Source of the DNA: Bdellovibrionales bacterium
Lineage (GTDB): Bacteria > Bdellovibrionota > Bdellovibrionia > Bdellovibrionales > UBA1609
Assembly: GCA_965261545.1 (NCBI GenBank)
Contig: CBDHDF010000002.1
Location: 197,080 to 261,079, forward strand
Direction: 5' to 3'
DNA length: 64,000 nt
This document shows positions 49,396 to 59,940 of the stretch, piece by piece. The position numbers and the translations under genes were made by a program. A model generated the notes under the pieces. The model was not told where the DNA came from, made no database searches, and saw only the letters and a program-made list of their open reading frames with translations. Positions within the stretch are counted from its first letter, which is position 1. Each line of letters opens with the position of its first letter.

Positions 49396-49727
49396 TGAAA
49401 GCCCCCTTTCACCCAAGCCGCAAGGCCAAGAAGGGGGATTGAGATGAAAACAAAACTAAATTTCCATATTGTCTGAGAATTCTGCTGTTGCTTAGATGAT
49501 CGACTTTTGATGTGGCTCTACTGACTTTGATTGCCTATTTCTCTCCTTTTGTAGTTTGAGGTCGTTCAATTCGCAGAGCACTCCTATTCCTACCCTCAGT
49601 TCTCAGGCCATACGCTTCGCTCCTGTCACTCGAACTTGCCGCTTCGCTTGACGGGCAGGGGACCGCTTTGCGCCTTTCACTCATTTCCTTCCCTCTAGGG
49701 CGCACTTAGGGTGAGCGCCCCTTCGGG

Positions 49728-52275
49728 CAATGGCATTCGTTTAGTGAGAGATCCCATTCGGTTAAGGATTTGAACCTCTAACTCCTCGGGGGTGGGCTAA
49801 CCCCAAGTTTTTTTCTTTGATCCATGTGATTATCCGTTGGCCATAGCCCCCCTAACCTCTTTACTGGGTCTCCATACTCCGATGGGTTTTCTAGAAACTC
49901 GGTCGTAATGCCTATTCGGACGTAGCCTTTGTCGGCAGGTCTTCATATTTGTAATGATGCAATTGAGGGTTTTACTAAGCACTACCTTTTGTTGAAGAAA
50001 AAGACCTTCAATATTTCTTGCAATTGTCAGTAAATTGTTTTTAAAGTTTGTCTGCATGGTTTGTTTTTTACTATGGGATTGAGATGTATTAAGACGGTCT
50101 TCCGTGTAGTTGGAAAATAATCTTGTCAGAGTGATAAGTGTGAAGTGTGCAAACAATTCTTGTTTGACTCCCCTTTCACTTTGAGAATGAAACTCTTCAA
50201 TGGTCATCAGTTCTTTGGATATTTTGTACAGTTCCTCTATACTCCAGCGTCCATGATAGAGATTGGCCAGATCATCAATGGAATATTTTTTTTGATCCAT
50301 TAAGGTTGTTCCTAGAACAAAAGTAGTTTGTCCAATTTTATATTTGACCAAACGCAAAGCGTAGGCTTTGAAGTCGTCTTGTGGCTTTTTTTTATGTAGT
50401 TCTTTCAGAATTTGCTTGCTAGGAATGACTTGGATCACTGAGTCTTTTTGATCATTATTAATAAATTCATCAAAAACAGTGTTGGCATTTCTCCTTATCC
50501 TAAACACCGCATGCAGACTTCGCACCTTATGCTCATGAAGCATTTCGTAGGAATAATAGCCACGATCATAAACCACAACATCGTTTTCAAACAATTTTTT
50601 GAAATGAGTTTGTGCAGCCTTTCTCTCATTGTTATGGGCAAAGAGATCAAAATCCACAGGAATCTTCGACTGTAGTTGGTACAGGCAACTGACAAGACCT
50701 TGAGGGTACCATGCTTTTTCCCATGGTTGCTGATACCCATTATCTACGAGTTGACGTGGTAAATTTATTTTCGATCCATCCACTGCGAAAACCTTATGGC
50801 CCTTCCATAAGGTACTAGAATTGGATATACCGTCTTGTTTAAGAATTTCATCATGCAAAACTTTAAATATATTTTCATCTACTTTAGCCCGTGCACTACA
50901 CATAGTGGATGCCCGAACTGGTTTAGGTTGAGGGAGTTCAATGTCTAATATGCGACACTGCTCCCAAAGTTCAATCAAAGTTGTATCATAACCTTGTTTT
51001 CCTTTAGAGAAAACAAGTCGGAAGATGAAAAGTATAATCAACAATGTATTCAAGACACGTTGACGCTTTTGCCAGGTTCGGTCGTACTCATCTGCAATGA
51101 TAACCACTGTCTTGATGATGTTTTGCCAAAGATGCACAAAAGAGTCCTCTAGCATAGGCTCAGCCAAGTTCTTATGTGGCTTGATGGTGGGTTTCCCGAC
51201 GGGTTTAGCGCATTGGGGGCCATTCAATAAGATAGACTGATAATTTTTTGTCAGAGGTTGAACATAAACACCTTTTTGAGTTTTTCCCTTTACATTTTTG
51301 TAGGCACGACTCCCATTTGTTTTGCCCAAATAAAGCCAGTTGGCAGCACGATAGCTCGTGGCATTAAATTTGGTAAGGTCGACAAAAGTCTCCATGAGTA
51401 CAGGTTTGAAAGCATGTTTTAACTCCCAGTCTGTGGGAAGTTGGCGAGTTGCCATAGATAAAGCCATCGAAGCAAGATGGCGAACCTTTACCCAGGGAAA
51501 GATCAAAAATCGACTATTGTTCACCACTAAATTCAAGTGCTTTTTGTAAGCTCGATTTTGCCAACCGATCCATTCATCACGGCAAGGCAAAGTGGATGTG
51601 CCAGCTTCAAATAAAAGACAACCCAATCTTCGCCCACAATTATCTAGGATGAAATAGCGCAAATGGGGACCAAAGGGACGTCTGTAATTGAGATAATGAT
51701 GCCGATCGACAACTTCATTCCATTCCTTAATGGCCTCTTGATCAGTTACGATTTGCAAAGAAAGTGGGGTCAATGAGTCTAGTTTATCGTTGATGAGAGG
51801 CTTTTCATCTGTTCGGTGTGTCCAAGTGATTTTTTTGGAGGGGACACTCCGCTTTGACATGTCTTTTTCTGGCAGGGATAGAATGTCAAGTTCCTCTAGC
51901 GTCTCAAGCATACGAAGGCACGATTGGATGCGATGATCACCTTTGGGAGTTAGCCAACCAAGATGCTCACAAACTGTATAACCCAGTTCACGGCGACTTA
52001 AAGAAGGAAATAGCGCCACCGTCTTTTGAATGTCGGCAATTTGCTTGCGCGTCAAGCGTCTTCCAAAAAAAGTTGTTGAAGGCAATGTCTCTATGCGTGG
52101 GTCCATTTGAGTCTCTCCCCTTTGGGAATGGTTCAAATATAATGTGACACAACGATGGGGTGGACTCAAGTATTTTTTTTCGGAAAAAGAAAAAAGATAA
52201 AAGCCCCCTTAACTCAGTATGTTAGAGGGAGTCAGAAAAATGTGGAAAAACCTTCTGCAAAAACGAATGCCATTG
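49728..52275 (-). mobile_element. IS4-family element C (DUF4338-fused), copy 2 (2548 bp)
   Basis: Same IRs and length as copy 1; no TSD. Confidence 0.95.
49830..52169 (-). CDS. DUF4338 domain-IS4 transposase fusion
   Basis: 779 aa, identical translation to 33347-35686. Confidence 0.9.
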   Translation of the reverse strand: MSPPHRCVTLYLNHSQRGETQMDPRIETLPSTTFFGRRLTRKQIADIQKTVALFPSLSRRELGYTVCEHLGWLTPKGDHRIQSCLRMLETLEELDILSLPEKDMSKRSVPSKKITWTHRTDEKPLINDKLDSLTPLSLQIVTDQEAIKEWNEVVDRHHYLNYRRPFGPHLRYFILDNCGRRLGCLLFEAGTSTLPCRDEWIGWQNRAYKKHLNLVVNNSRFLIFPWVKVRHLASMALSMATRQLPTDWELKHAFKPVLMETFVDLTKFNATSYRAANWLYLGKTNGSRAYKNVKGKTQKGVYVQPLTKNYQSILLNGPQCAKPVGKPTIKPHKNLAEPMLEDSFVHLWQNIIKTVVIIADEYDRTWQKRQRVLNTLLIILFIFRLVFSKGKQGYDTTLIELWEQCRILDIELPQPKPVRASTMCSARAKVDENIFKVLHDEILKQDGISNSSTLWKGHKVFAVDGSKINLPRQLVDNGYQQPWEKAWYPQGLVSCLYQLQSKIPVDFDLFAHNNERKAAQTHFKKLFENDVVVYDRGYYSYEMLHEHKVRSLHAVFRIRRNANTVFDEFINNDQKDSVIQVIPSKQILKELHKKKPQDDFKAYALRLVKYKIGQTTFVLGTTLMDQKKYSIDDLANLYHGRWSIEELYKISKELMTIEEFHSQSERGVKQELFAHFTLITLTRLFSNYTEDRLNTSQSHSKKQTMQTNFKNNLLTIARNIEGLFLQQKVVLSKTLNCIITNMKTCRQRLRPNRHYDRVSRKPIGVWRPSKEVRGAMANG

Positions 52276-52418
52276 CATGAAGAGGGGCTTGAAAGAGGGC
52301 GAAGAGAAGAAGAGAGGCCAGTGCTTTAAAGATGATTTTAAAAGGACAGGAGGCTTTGGAGATATCCGAAGCAACAGGGCTTTCTGAAGACGAAATCAAG
52401 GCTCTCCAAAAAAAGTAA
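52276..52418 (+). pseudogene. 3' remnant of an Rpn-family gene
   Basis: HEEGLERG...MILKGQEALEISEATGLSEDEIKALQKK* matches the tail of 61455-62432, with a 1-nt frameshift. Confidence 0.85.
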
Positions 52419-52806
52419 GAAATTTTTTACAACAAATAAAAGATCTTATTGACACCACATCATTTCCATAGCAGGTTACTGCTATAATATAATAAGGCAA
52501 AGCCCAATGACCATCGAATGTCGTAACGGCTCATCTCCATGTGGCTTATAGAGAAAAACATAGAGAAAAACAAGGTCCTTCTCCTGATTGATCCCTTTTT
52601 ACGGAGGTGAATGAATAAAAAATTCAGTAAACTTAATGATTTTAATAATAGTGTTCTTTAATGTTCCTCTTAGGGATTGTAAAAAAATAAATTGAACTAA
52701 AATTGTACTGTTTTATTTTAATATCTAATTGAATAAGCCCAAGTTATTTTTTTATAAGTCTTTATGTATTCTACTTTTAAATTTTTCCCTATAGAGGAGG
52801 TTTCCC

Positions 52807-54162
52807 ATGAAAGTTATGTTAATGAATCTACAGACCCTTTGGATCCGTTGTTTCCTAGCTATATTAACAGCTAGTTTCTTTACCCATGTTACTTTCGCAG
52901 ATACTGAAGAGTCAGATGAGAGTGCTACGGGCAATTCCAATGAGGCCAAAGTGCTTGACAATGAAGATGTAGAAGCAGAGGTAGCTGCCGCCAAACCCCT
53001 ATTTCTCTTTGGTGATAAGTCGGGTATTTCTATTAACAGACTAGAAGTTCAAATCAATGTAAACAAGTATGCGTATAGGGATTCCACAGATGATCCATGG
53101 GCTGGTGCTGACAATAGTGATTTCGATAGAGTTACATTTGGTGAGTCCAACTTTTTGATGGAAACGGGGTGGCGGGACAAGATTATCAATGTCACTAAGC
53201 TCAATTTATCCCATTTATTTGATTATGAGGATGGCAACCAAGTTGATTTTACAGATGATTTTGATATAAATAGATTTGTCGAAAATTCTTTCTTTGAGTT
53301 CCGAGAAATCGGAGGTGAACCCGTCGTCGTTATTGTTGGAAAAAGAGACATCCGTGTAGGTTTGCTTGATTTCGAAGAATCCTATCAGACAAATCAATCT
53401 TGGTGGAGAAAGCTAACTCATAGCCGATTTGGTGTGCTTGGAGTGACTGTGCGTTTGGATGTGTCTGAAAGTTCTTGGGCTGACCATTTACTTTTTGTTG
53501 ATAGCGTAGAGGTTATGCTTTTTGAAGATCATGGGGGTGATTTTAAATGGGATAGTCAATTGACAACTATGGCCACTCGCTTTGAAAAACAGATAGGAGA
53601 TACTACTTTTGTCTTTAGTTACACTCACCGAGAGCATGAAAACTCCAGGTATTATGGGACGGAGATATATGAAGATGAGAATACATTTTCCCTTGGTGGC
53701 AAACGGGATATCAATGATTCTTTAACTCTATGGGCTGAGGGAGCCCTTTTTGAAAATCACATTTTTAATCAAAAGTACGACTCCATGAAGGCGGGTCTTT
53801 CTATAGGTGGCTCTCTCGATTTAAGTGAAGCTATAACATTAACGACAACAGGAGCTATCATTGGTAACTTTGGACATGAATTCGCCGCAACCCTTCATAG
53901 CGATATACCCTTTGGCCCCCAATTCCTTCAAGATCACGGGCAAATGCGTTTTCTATACAGATGGAGAGGGTATGATGATCGGAGTAGCACCTATATCGAT
54001 AGCAGCACAGGTGAAAGAATGACTGTTCCATGGGAAGATGACCATCTTTTCGGAGTTGAACTGCAAATCAACTTTGATCTTTTGAATCATCCATCAAATA
54101 AACGCAATACATCCCTGTCGTTTGCGCCTCAAAATAGTAGTAAGACGAGGGCAGGGATGTAA
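52807..54162 (+). CDS. Exported protein, probable outer-membrane beta-barrel
   Basis: Signal peptide ending VTFA; alternating amphipathic strands rich in G, aromatic and acidic residues; AGAGGAGG upstream. Confidence 0.7.
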   Translation: MKVMLMNLQTLWIRCFLAILTASFFTHVTFADTEESDESATGNSNEAKVLDNEDVEAEVAAAKPLFLFGDKSGISINRLEVQINVNKYAYRDSTDDPWAGADNSDFDRVTFGESNFLMETGWRDKIINVTKLNLSHLFDYEDGNQVDFTDDFDINRFVENSFFEFREIGGEPVVVIVGKRDIRVGLLDFEESYQTNQSWWRKLTHSRFGVLGVTVRLDVSESSWADHLLFVDSVEVMLFEDHGGDFKWDSQLTTMATRFEKQIGDTTFVFSYTHREHENSRYYGTEIYEDENTFSLGGKRDINDSLTLWAEGALFENHIFNQKYDSMKAGLSIGGSLDLSEAITLTTTGAIIGNFGHEFAATLHSDIPFGPQFLQDHGQMRFLYRWRGYDDRSSTYIDSSTGERMTVPWEDDHLFGVELQINFDLLNHPSNKRNTSLSFAPQNSSKTRAGM

Positions 54163-54213
54163 TCGGCAAAGCTGATTTCTCTTCTCCTCCTTGGCGTCGT
54201 TCGTATTGGAACT

Positions 54214-54257
54214 GGCTCTGTGAGGGGCATGAGGGAAGTTCCCACTGCCTACTCGAC
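54214..54257 (+). ncRNA. Diverged 3' remnant (end of DV plus DVI) of the group II intron
   Basis: ggctctgtgaggggcatgagggaagttcccactgcctactcgac compared with ggttctgtgaggggcagtgggggaagttcccactgcctactcgat. Confidence 0.8.
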
Positions 54258-54262
54258 TCAAA

Positions 54263-55081
54263 ATGCTGTATCGTTACACGGGGCAGCCCGTGAGCTTCGA
54301 ACTCAATAACTATCACTTCCACCACAGAGAATACGACCCAAATATCCTTCGATTCACAAGCATTGATCCCGCTAGGTACAACGAATCTCCCTATATTTAC
54401 AGCAACAGTAATCCCACCAATTTTATGGATACCACGGGGGGACAACCGACATATATCACCCTTTGGCTTAGTCAAAGCGATCCAATCATTCAACCGTCCG
54501 ACGCAAAATCTGTATTGAAGTATAATTCTTTATCATCACGCCAAGAAGGTGCTCCTGACAGAATCTTGCATGAAGATCTTGCATTAACTGATATGGGTGA
54601 GGGTGTAAAAGGGAATATCTTTTCTGAGGATATTCGTCTGGGAACAATTATTGTCAGTACTCATGGAAATCCCGATTCGGTAATGGTAGCAGACAGATCA
54701 GTGAGGCCAAAGGAGCTACTTCTTTATTTAGTTCGTCGTGTAAGGGAAATAGATCCATTAGGGGTGGAGCAGGTAGATAGTATTACTCTTGCTGCATGTC
54801 GGGTAGGTTGTTGGAGGCCGGAACAGCCTTCTTTTGTAGATCGCCTTGGTTGGATGAACTTCAGAGAAGAACCGGCCGATTTTCCAAGTTTGAAGCGTGT
54901 TGCGGGCTCCCCTTACGGAGTAGGGACGGAGCGAGACTTCTCAAGCGATAATCTCATGGCGTTACATTTCTTAACGCCTCGAAAGCTTTCAGATACTGGT
55001 TATTATTATGAAGACATAATAGGGGCCAAACTAGATACAGGTCGATTCTTACGGGGGTATGGATCTAACGTAGTAACCTGA
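54263..55081 (+). CDS. Orphan RHS core with C-terminal putative cysteine-protease toxin domain
   Basis: YRYTGQ...YHFHHREYDPNILRFTSIDP...PYIYSNSNPTNFMDTTG core; tip has VSTHG...ITLAAC. Confidence 0.75.
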   Translation: MLYRYTGQPVSFELNNYHFHHREYDPNILRFTSIDPARYNESPYIYSNSNPTNFMDTTGGQPTYITLWLSQSDPIIQPSDAKSVLKYNSLSSRQEGAPDRILHEDLALTDMGEGVKGNIFSEDIRLGTIIVSTHGNPDSVMVADRSVRPKELLLYLVRRVREIDPLGVEQVDSITLAACRVGCWRPEQPSFVDRLGWMNFREEPADFPSLKRVAGSPYGVGTERDFSSDNLMALHFLTPRKLSDTGYYYEDIIGAKLDTGRFLRGYGSNVVT

Positions 55082-55736
55082 AATCCGCAAAATTATGACT
55101 AGGTGTTAGACTTAAGCCTAGATTTTCTCTTCAAATCGAACATAATGAGGTTTTATCTCTCCTAAACATTGACGATGCGACGCATCCATAGTCATAATTA
55201 TGACTATGTCTTTCATATATGAGCAAAAAATCAAGGGTAAGGTCTACCTCTATAAGTCCACGAGCTACTGGGATAAAAAGAAAAAGCAGCCTCGTCAAAA
55301 AAGGGTGTATCTTGGTAAAAAGGATGAGGCCACGGGGGAACTCATTCCTACAACTCGGTGTTCCATTCCCACAGGCTCTTGGGATGTTGGCTCTCTTCAC
55401 TTGTTAAAAAAGATTAGCAAAAAGCTAAATTTAGTACAAGCACTTAAAAAGATTTTTCCCGAAGATTATGAAGAAATTCTTTATTTATCTTTTTTCAAAG
55501 TTATTAAGAAAGAGCCTTATTATTTGTATCCCCTCTGGTGCGAAGACTCTTATGTTTCTGGTGAAAACTATTTAGATTCACGGTCAATAAGTAAATTCTT
55601 ATTCACGGTTGGTCGTAATGAAGAAGCAATTGAGAATTTTTTTCTTGAATGGATTAAAAGGAATAAATCTGCTTCTCAAGCTGTGATGTTTGATATTACA
55701 TCTATTTCTTCTTATGGTTCTGGCAATGATTTTTTA

Positions 55737-57559
55737 GGGACTGTAAAAATAATTGTGTAACTGCAATTTTTTTCTTAAATCTTAAAGCCACTTATGTGGC
55801 TCCACTCCTGGTAAAAAGCACAGCCCCATATTATTCGTCAATGTATAATTGACATTTTTTCCTTCAAGCGATTTTGTCAGTCACAATGCATTATAATTTA
55901 ATGGGGAGATGGAGCCGTAATGGGATCATATCAGAACTGGAAAGAACTCAAATAAATAATTATCATCTTGGTTGGAAAAAAATCAGCAATAGCTCTCTCA
56001 AAAAAATGGAAATTCCAATCTCATCAAAGGGTTCATGTGTTTAGGTTCCCATACTATATTACCCCCTTTTTTTTATTTTTTTTAACTTGTGATATTCGAG
56101 AAATACCAGCATTGGGATGAAATATGAAAAAAAATGATTAAGAAACCCAAGTCTGCACCAAGAGGGCATGTATTTAGGTTCCCATACTATATTACCCTAA
56201 CCATAGTCTCGTATTCCAGCATTTCTCAACGCCTTAGAGGGCTTTTAAGCCCCCTTATAAGGGGACCTTATTTATTAAAAAACTTAGTTGTCAAAACGGT
56301 CACCGTATTCAATGGCAAACCTGTTCATGGCTGGCTTCCAGTTGTGTAATGGTCGTGTCCATCGCTTAGAGGCCATTTTTATCGCTAAATATACAACTTT
56401 TAAAGCCGACCGATCACTGGGAAATATCTTACGATTTCTGATCGCCTTGCGGATCACGCTATTTAACGACTCTATGGCGTTTGTGGTATAAAAAATCTTT
56501 CTGATTTCATCCGGATAATCGAAAATAGTGATGAGATTGTCCCAATTCCTACGCCAAGACTTTTCAATATTAGGATACTTTGAAGACCACTTGGTACAAA
56601 ATTCCTCAAGGGCCTTTTCAGCTTCTGTCAGAGTCGTAGAGCCATAAATGGACTTGAGGTCTTGGGCGACAGCTTTCATATCCTTGGAAGGAACATAGCG
56701 AAGGGAATTGCGGACCATATGGACAATGCACAGTTGCACTTTAGACTTGGGAAAAGCCGCTGAAATGGCTTGAGGAAAACCTGTAAGACCATCTACAGAA
56801 AATATAAATACATCTTTCAACCCTCGATTTTGCAGCTCAGTCAAAACACTCAACCAAAACTTTGAACCCTCATTTTCAGAAATCCATAGGCCCAACAAGT
56901 CTTTCTGACCCTCCTCTGTAATACCAAGAGCTAGGTAAATCGCCTTATTAATAACTCTCTTGTCTTGATGGACCTTCACCACGATACAGTCCAAAAATAC
57001 GATAGGGTAAGTGCTATCCAAGGGGCGGTTCTGCCAAGCCGTAACTTCATCAATAACAGCATCCGTCACGTTGGCTATCACTGAGTGGGATATCTCTGCA
57101 CCATGGTAGAGGTCTTTGATAGCTCCTTGAATATCCCTGGTCGTCATTCCCCTCGCATAGAGGGTCAGGATACTGTCTTCAAAGCCCTCAAGACGAGTCT
57201 TACCCTTGGGAATGACTTGAGGTTCAAAGGAGGCACTTCGGTCACGGGGGACCTGAAGCTCCACCTCGCCTTTCTCTCCCTTTATGGTCTTTCTACTGTA
57301 ACCATTGCGAGTGTTGGATTTGCGGGTCTCAGACTTCTCATGCCTCTCATAACCTAGGTGATCGTCCATTTCCGCATTAAGGGCCGTCTCTAAAACAACC
57401 TTCATCAGTTGACCCGTTATGTCGGATAAATCCTTTTGGGTCTTGACGTTCTTCGCTAGTTCCTTGCCTATTGTCTTGATATCCATTCTGCCTTCTCCTT
57501 TCAGGATGATAGTTCATCCTAATATGATTCGGCAGTTACACAAAATAGTTTACAGGCTC
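55737..57559 (-). mobile_element. IS256-family element, copy 2 (1823 bp)
   Basis: Terminal IRs; 8-bp TSD ATTTTTTA. Confidence 0.96.
56284..57486 (-). CDS. IS256-family transposase
   Basis: NTRNGY, VPRDR, VFLDCI, QLCIVHMVRN, YTTNAIESLN. Confidence 0.96.
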   Translation of the reverse strand: MDIKTIGKELAKNVKTQKDLSDITGQLMKVVLETALNAEMDDHLGYERHEKSETRKSNTRNGYSRKTIKGEKGEVELQVPRDRSASFEPQVIPKGKTRLEGFEDSILTLYARGMTTRDIQGAIKDLYHGAEISHSVIANVTDAVIDEVTAWQNRPLDSTYPIVFLDCIVVKVHQDKRVINKAIYLALGITEEGQKDLLGLWISENEGSKFWLSVLTELQNRGLKDVFIFSVDGLTGFPQAISAAFPKSKVQLCIVHMVRNSLRYVPSKDMKAVAQDLKSIYGSTTLTEAEKALEEFCTKWSSKYPNIEKSWRRNWDNLITIFDYPDEIRKIFYTTNAIESLNSVIRKAIRNRKIFPSDRSALKVVYLAIKMASKRWTRPLHNWKPAMNRFAIEYGDRFDN

Positions 57560-58020
57560 ATTTTTTAGAAAGAGGTTACAATAGAGATGGCGATAACTTG
57601 GACCAAACCAACTTAGGAATTTTAAGTCAAGACATAAAAATAGATTCAAAGTCTAAGAGTGCGAGTCTTCCAATTAGTTACAGAGTATATCCTGGTAGCA
57701 TCAATGATGTGACTACTTTGAATAATATTCTTACTTTAGCTAAGGAGTACAAAATCAATCTAAAATGTTTGGTTTTAGACAAAGGATTTTATAGCCAAAG
57801 CAATATCAAGGACTTGGATGATAACCTGAATTCTACAAAAATGGTAACAAGGTTCAGGTCTAAAGTCTAGAAGCTGACTTCAGAACAAATATAACGTGGT
57901 TTCAGACCTCTTTTGAATTGAAAGAATTCAAAATCCTTGTTACCATTGGTAACAATGTCTTATTTACATGAGCAAAAGAGAAACGGTAAAATTGTAACTG
58001 CTCACGGCTTGGCGATCTAC

Positions 58021-58189
58021 TGCTGAATTTCACGAAATAGTCCCTATGGAGTGTCTCCCGATGGCGTCTTCAAATATCTGCTTTTGCATGGATTCTCCTT
58101 AAGTCGTCTTTCTTTGCCTAAATGAACTTCCAGATATGGCTACTTTGATGGATTGAGAGGTTATGCGATCCATAATAGCTTCACAGATG
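58021..58189 (-). mobile_element. Remnant right end of a diverged relative of the IS21 element
   Basis: Minus strand: istB tail ICEAIMDRITSQSIKVAISGSSFRQRKTT*, then AGGAG-ATG MQKQIFEDAIGRHSIGTIS*, then GTGAAATTCAGCA end. Confidence 0.85.
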
Positions 58190-58335
58190 TGCAAAATTTC
58201 ACCTAGTTTGACCCACCCAATTTCACCTGGTTTGACCCACCCAATTTCACGAAGTTTGACCCACTGAATTTCACCAAACATTGACCCACTTAGATCTTCA
58301 TAGATATTCTTTCTGCGCTACGCATTAACGAGGAG

Positions 58336-59859
58336 GTGTCTATGGGCAAACAAGGTAAGAAAAAAGGAGCAAGAATGATCAACAATATTAAGAAATACAT
58401 AGAGCTTGGACTCAGTTCGAGACAAATAGCTCGAGCTATGGGTGTTAGTCGGAACACTGTGAAGAAGTATGTGAAGGATAGTCCCGGAGGCCCTAACAGC
58501 CGCTCAAAGGGGTCGCATGGGCCCTACCAAGCCCCATGGTCATCCAAGGTGAATTGGACAGATGTTCGCCTCAAGCAAAGCCTAGGGACTCAATTGGCTC
58601 ATTACTGGGAGCGACATATTCAGTCCGAGATTGACGGTGTGAGTTATCTTTCTTTTTGGAGAGAGTTTCGTCGGAGGCACCCAAGTATAAAGCTTGATAT
58701 GCACCAGACATTCACCCCTGGTGAACGGAGTGAGTTTGACTATAAGGGAAAAGACTCTTGTTTTGGCTATACAGATGCCAAGACTGGGGAGTTCATCCCA
58801 TGTCGATTATTTGGAATGATACTTCCATCGAGTCAGTTTTTCTTTCCATGCGCCACATTAACAGAGCAGCGGGAAGATGTTTTTTCCTCCATAGCTTCTG
58901 GTTTTGAGTTTTTTGGTGGTGTGACCGGAACCATTGCTTTTGATAACGCAAAGGTTCAAGTGACAAGAGCTGATACTTATGACCCCGATATTAACTCTGA
59001 GTTTCACCTCTTGTGTGATCACTACAATGTGGCTCCTTTGGCGATGAGGCCATCTCGCCCCAAAGACAAGAGTCTTATCGAAAATACCCTTGGAGTCTTT
59101 TGGCGCTGGTCTTGGCCCCAGATAAGAGAGCGGCAAATGTATTCTCTAGCAGACATCAACGCTGAGTTGAAGCATTTGGCAGCTATTTTCAATGATCGTA
59201 TTCAAAAAAAGTATGGGTTGAGTCGTCGACAGAAGTTTGAATCTTTTGAGAAGTCAAAATTGAATCCTCTTCCTGAAAGACGCTATGAGAGTGGATTCTG
59301 GAAGCATTCCAAGGTTCATCCGGATTGTCACATTCAATATAACTACAATTTTTACTCTGTTCCTTATAAGCATCGCGGCAAGAAGTTAGATATTCGTATT
59401 AGCCAACAATGCTTGGAGGTTTATTCAGAATTAGAGCGGGTGGCGATACATCACATCCCCCAGGGCAGTCGAGGGCGCTACTTTACGACAAAATCTCATC
59501 TCCCTAAGTCCCACCGGGCCATTTTAGAGCAAACGCCACAAAATGTACTTAAAGAGGCATCAAGCCTTGGAGAAAGCATTCACAAAGTTGCCGAGCGGCT
59601 TATCAAAGAGCCTCGCCATCCGCTTATGTATCTTCGTCGTGTTCAGGGGATACTCAATCTAAGAAAACGGTATTCAACAGCTTCTTTGGAGCAGGCTTGC
59701 TCATTTTTTGTAGATGCAGCTTTAAGTGACATTAGGGTTCGTGGAGTTGAGAAAGTTATTTCAGCAAAAAGTCATCGAAAAGAGGAGCCAAGAGTCTGCC
59801 GTCAACCTAATGAAAATTTAAGAGGTTCAGAGCACTGGGAGAATGCTTGCCGCCACTAA
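58336..59859 (+). CDS. istA: IS21 transposase IstA
   Basis: N-terminal HTH (SSRQIARAMGVSRNTVKKY), SEFDY, AFDNAK, RPKDKSLIEN, YSVPY. Confidence 0.95.
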   Translation: MSMGKQGKKKGARMINNIKKYIELGLSSRQIARAMGVSRNTVKKYVKDSPGGPNSRSKGSHGPYQAPWSSKVNWTDVRLKQSLGTQLAHYWERHIQSEIDGVSYLSFWREFRRRHPSIKLDMHQTFTPGERSEFDYKGKDSCFGYTDAKTGEFIPCRLFGMILPSSQFFFPCATLTEQREDVFSSIASGFEFFGGVTGTIAFDNAKVQVTRADTYDPDINSEFHLLCDHYNVAPLAMRPSRPKDKSLIENTLGVFWRWSWPQIRERQMYSLADINAELKHLAAIFNDRIQKKYGLSRRQKFESFEKSKLNPLPERRYESGFWKHSKVHPDCHIQYNYNFYSVPYKHRGKKLDIRISQQCLEVYSELERVAIHHIPQGSRGRYFTTKSHLPKSHRAILEQTPQNVLKEASSLGESIHKVAERLIKEPRHPLMYLRRVQGILNLRKRYSTASLEQACSFFVDAALSDIRVRGVEKVISAKSHRKEEPRVCRQPNENLRGSEHWENACRH

Positions 59860-59940
59860 TCACATAGCCCCGGTGGGTGGTTCTCAACCACCTAACGGGT
59901 CATTTTGACCTCCATAAGAGAGGTCGTATAGGAGAAGAAA

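Larger units (their letters stand above)
55117..57824 (+). mobile_element. Second, distinct IS1634-family element, split by IS256 and 3'-truncated
   Basis: Candidate left end CCTAGATTTTC at 55117; transposase YLYKSTSYWDKKKKQPRQKR, FDITSISSYG-[IS256]-FLERGYNRDG, VLDKGFYS; right boundary approximate. Confidence 0.8.
55200..57870 (+). pseudogene. IS1634-family transposase remnant
   Basis: 55200-55736 and 57568 onward rejoin in frame (GNDFLERGYNRD). Confidence 0.85.
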
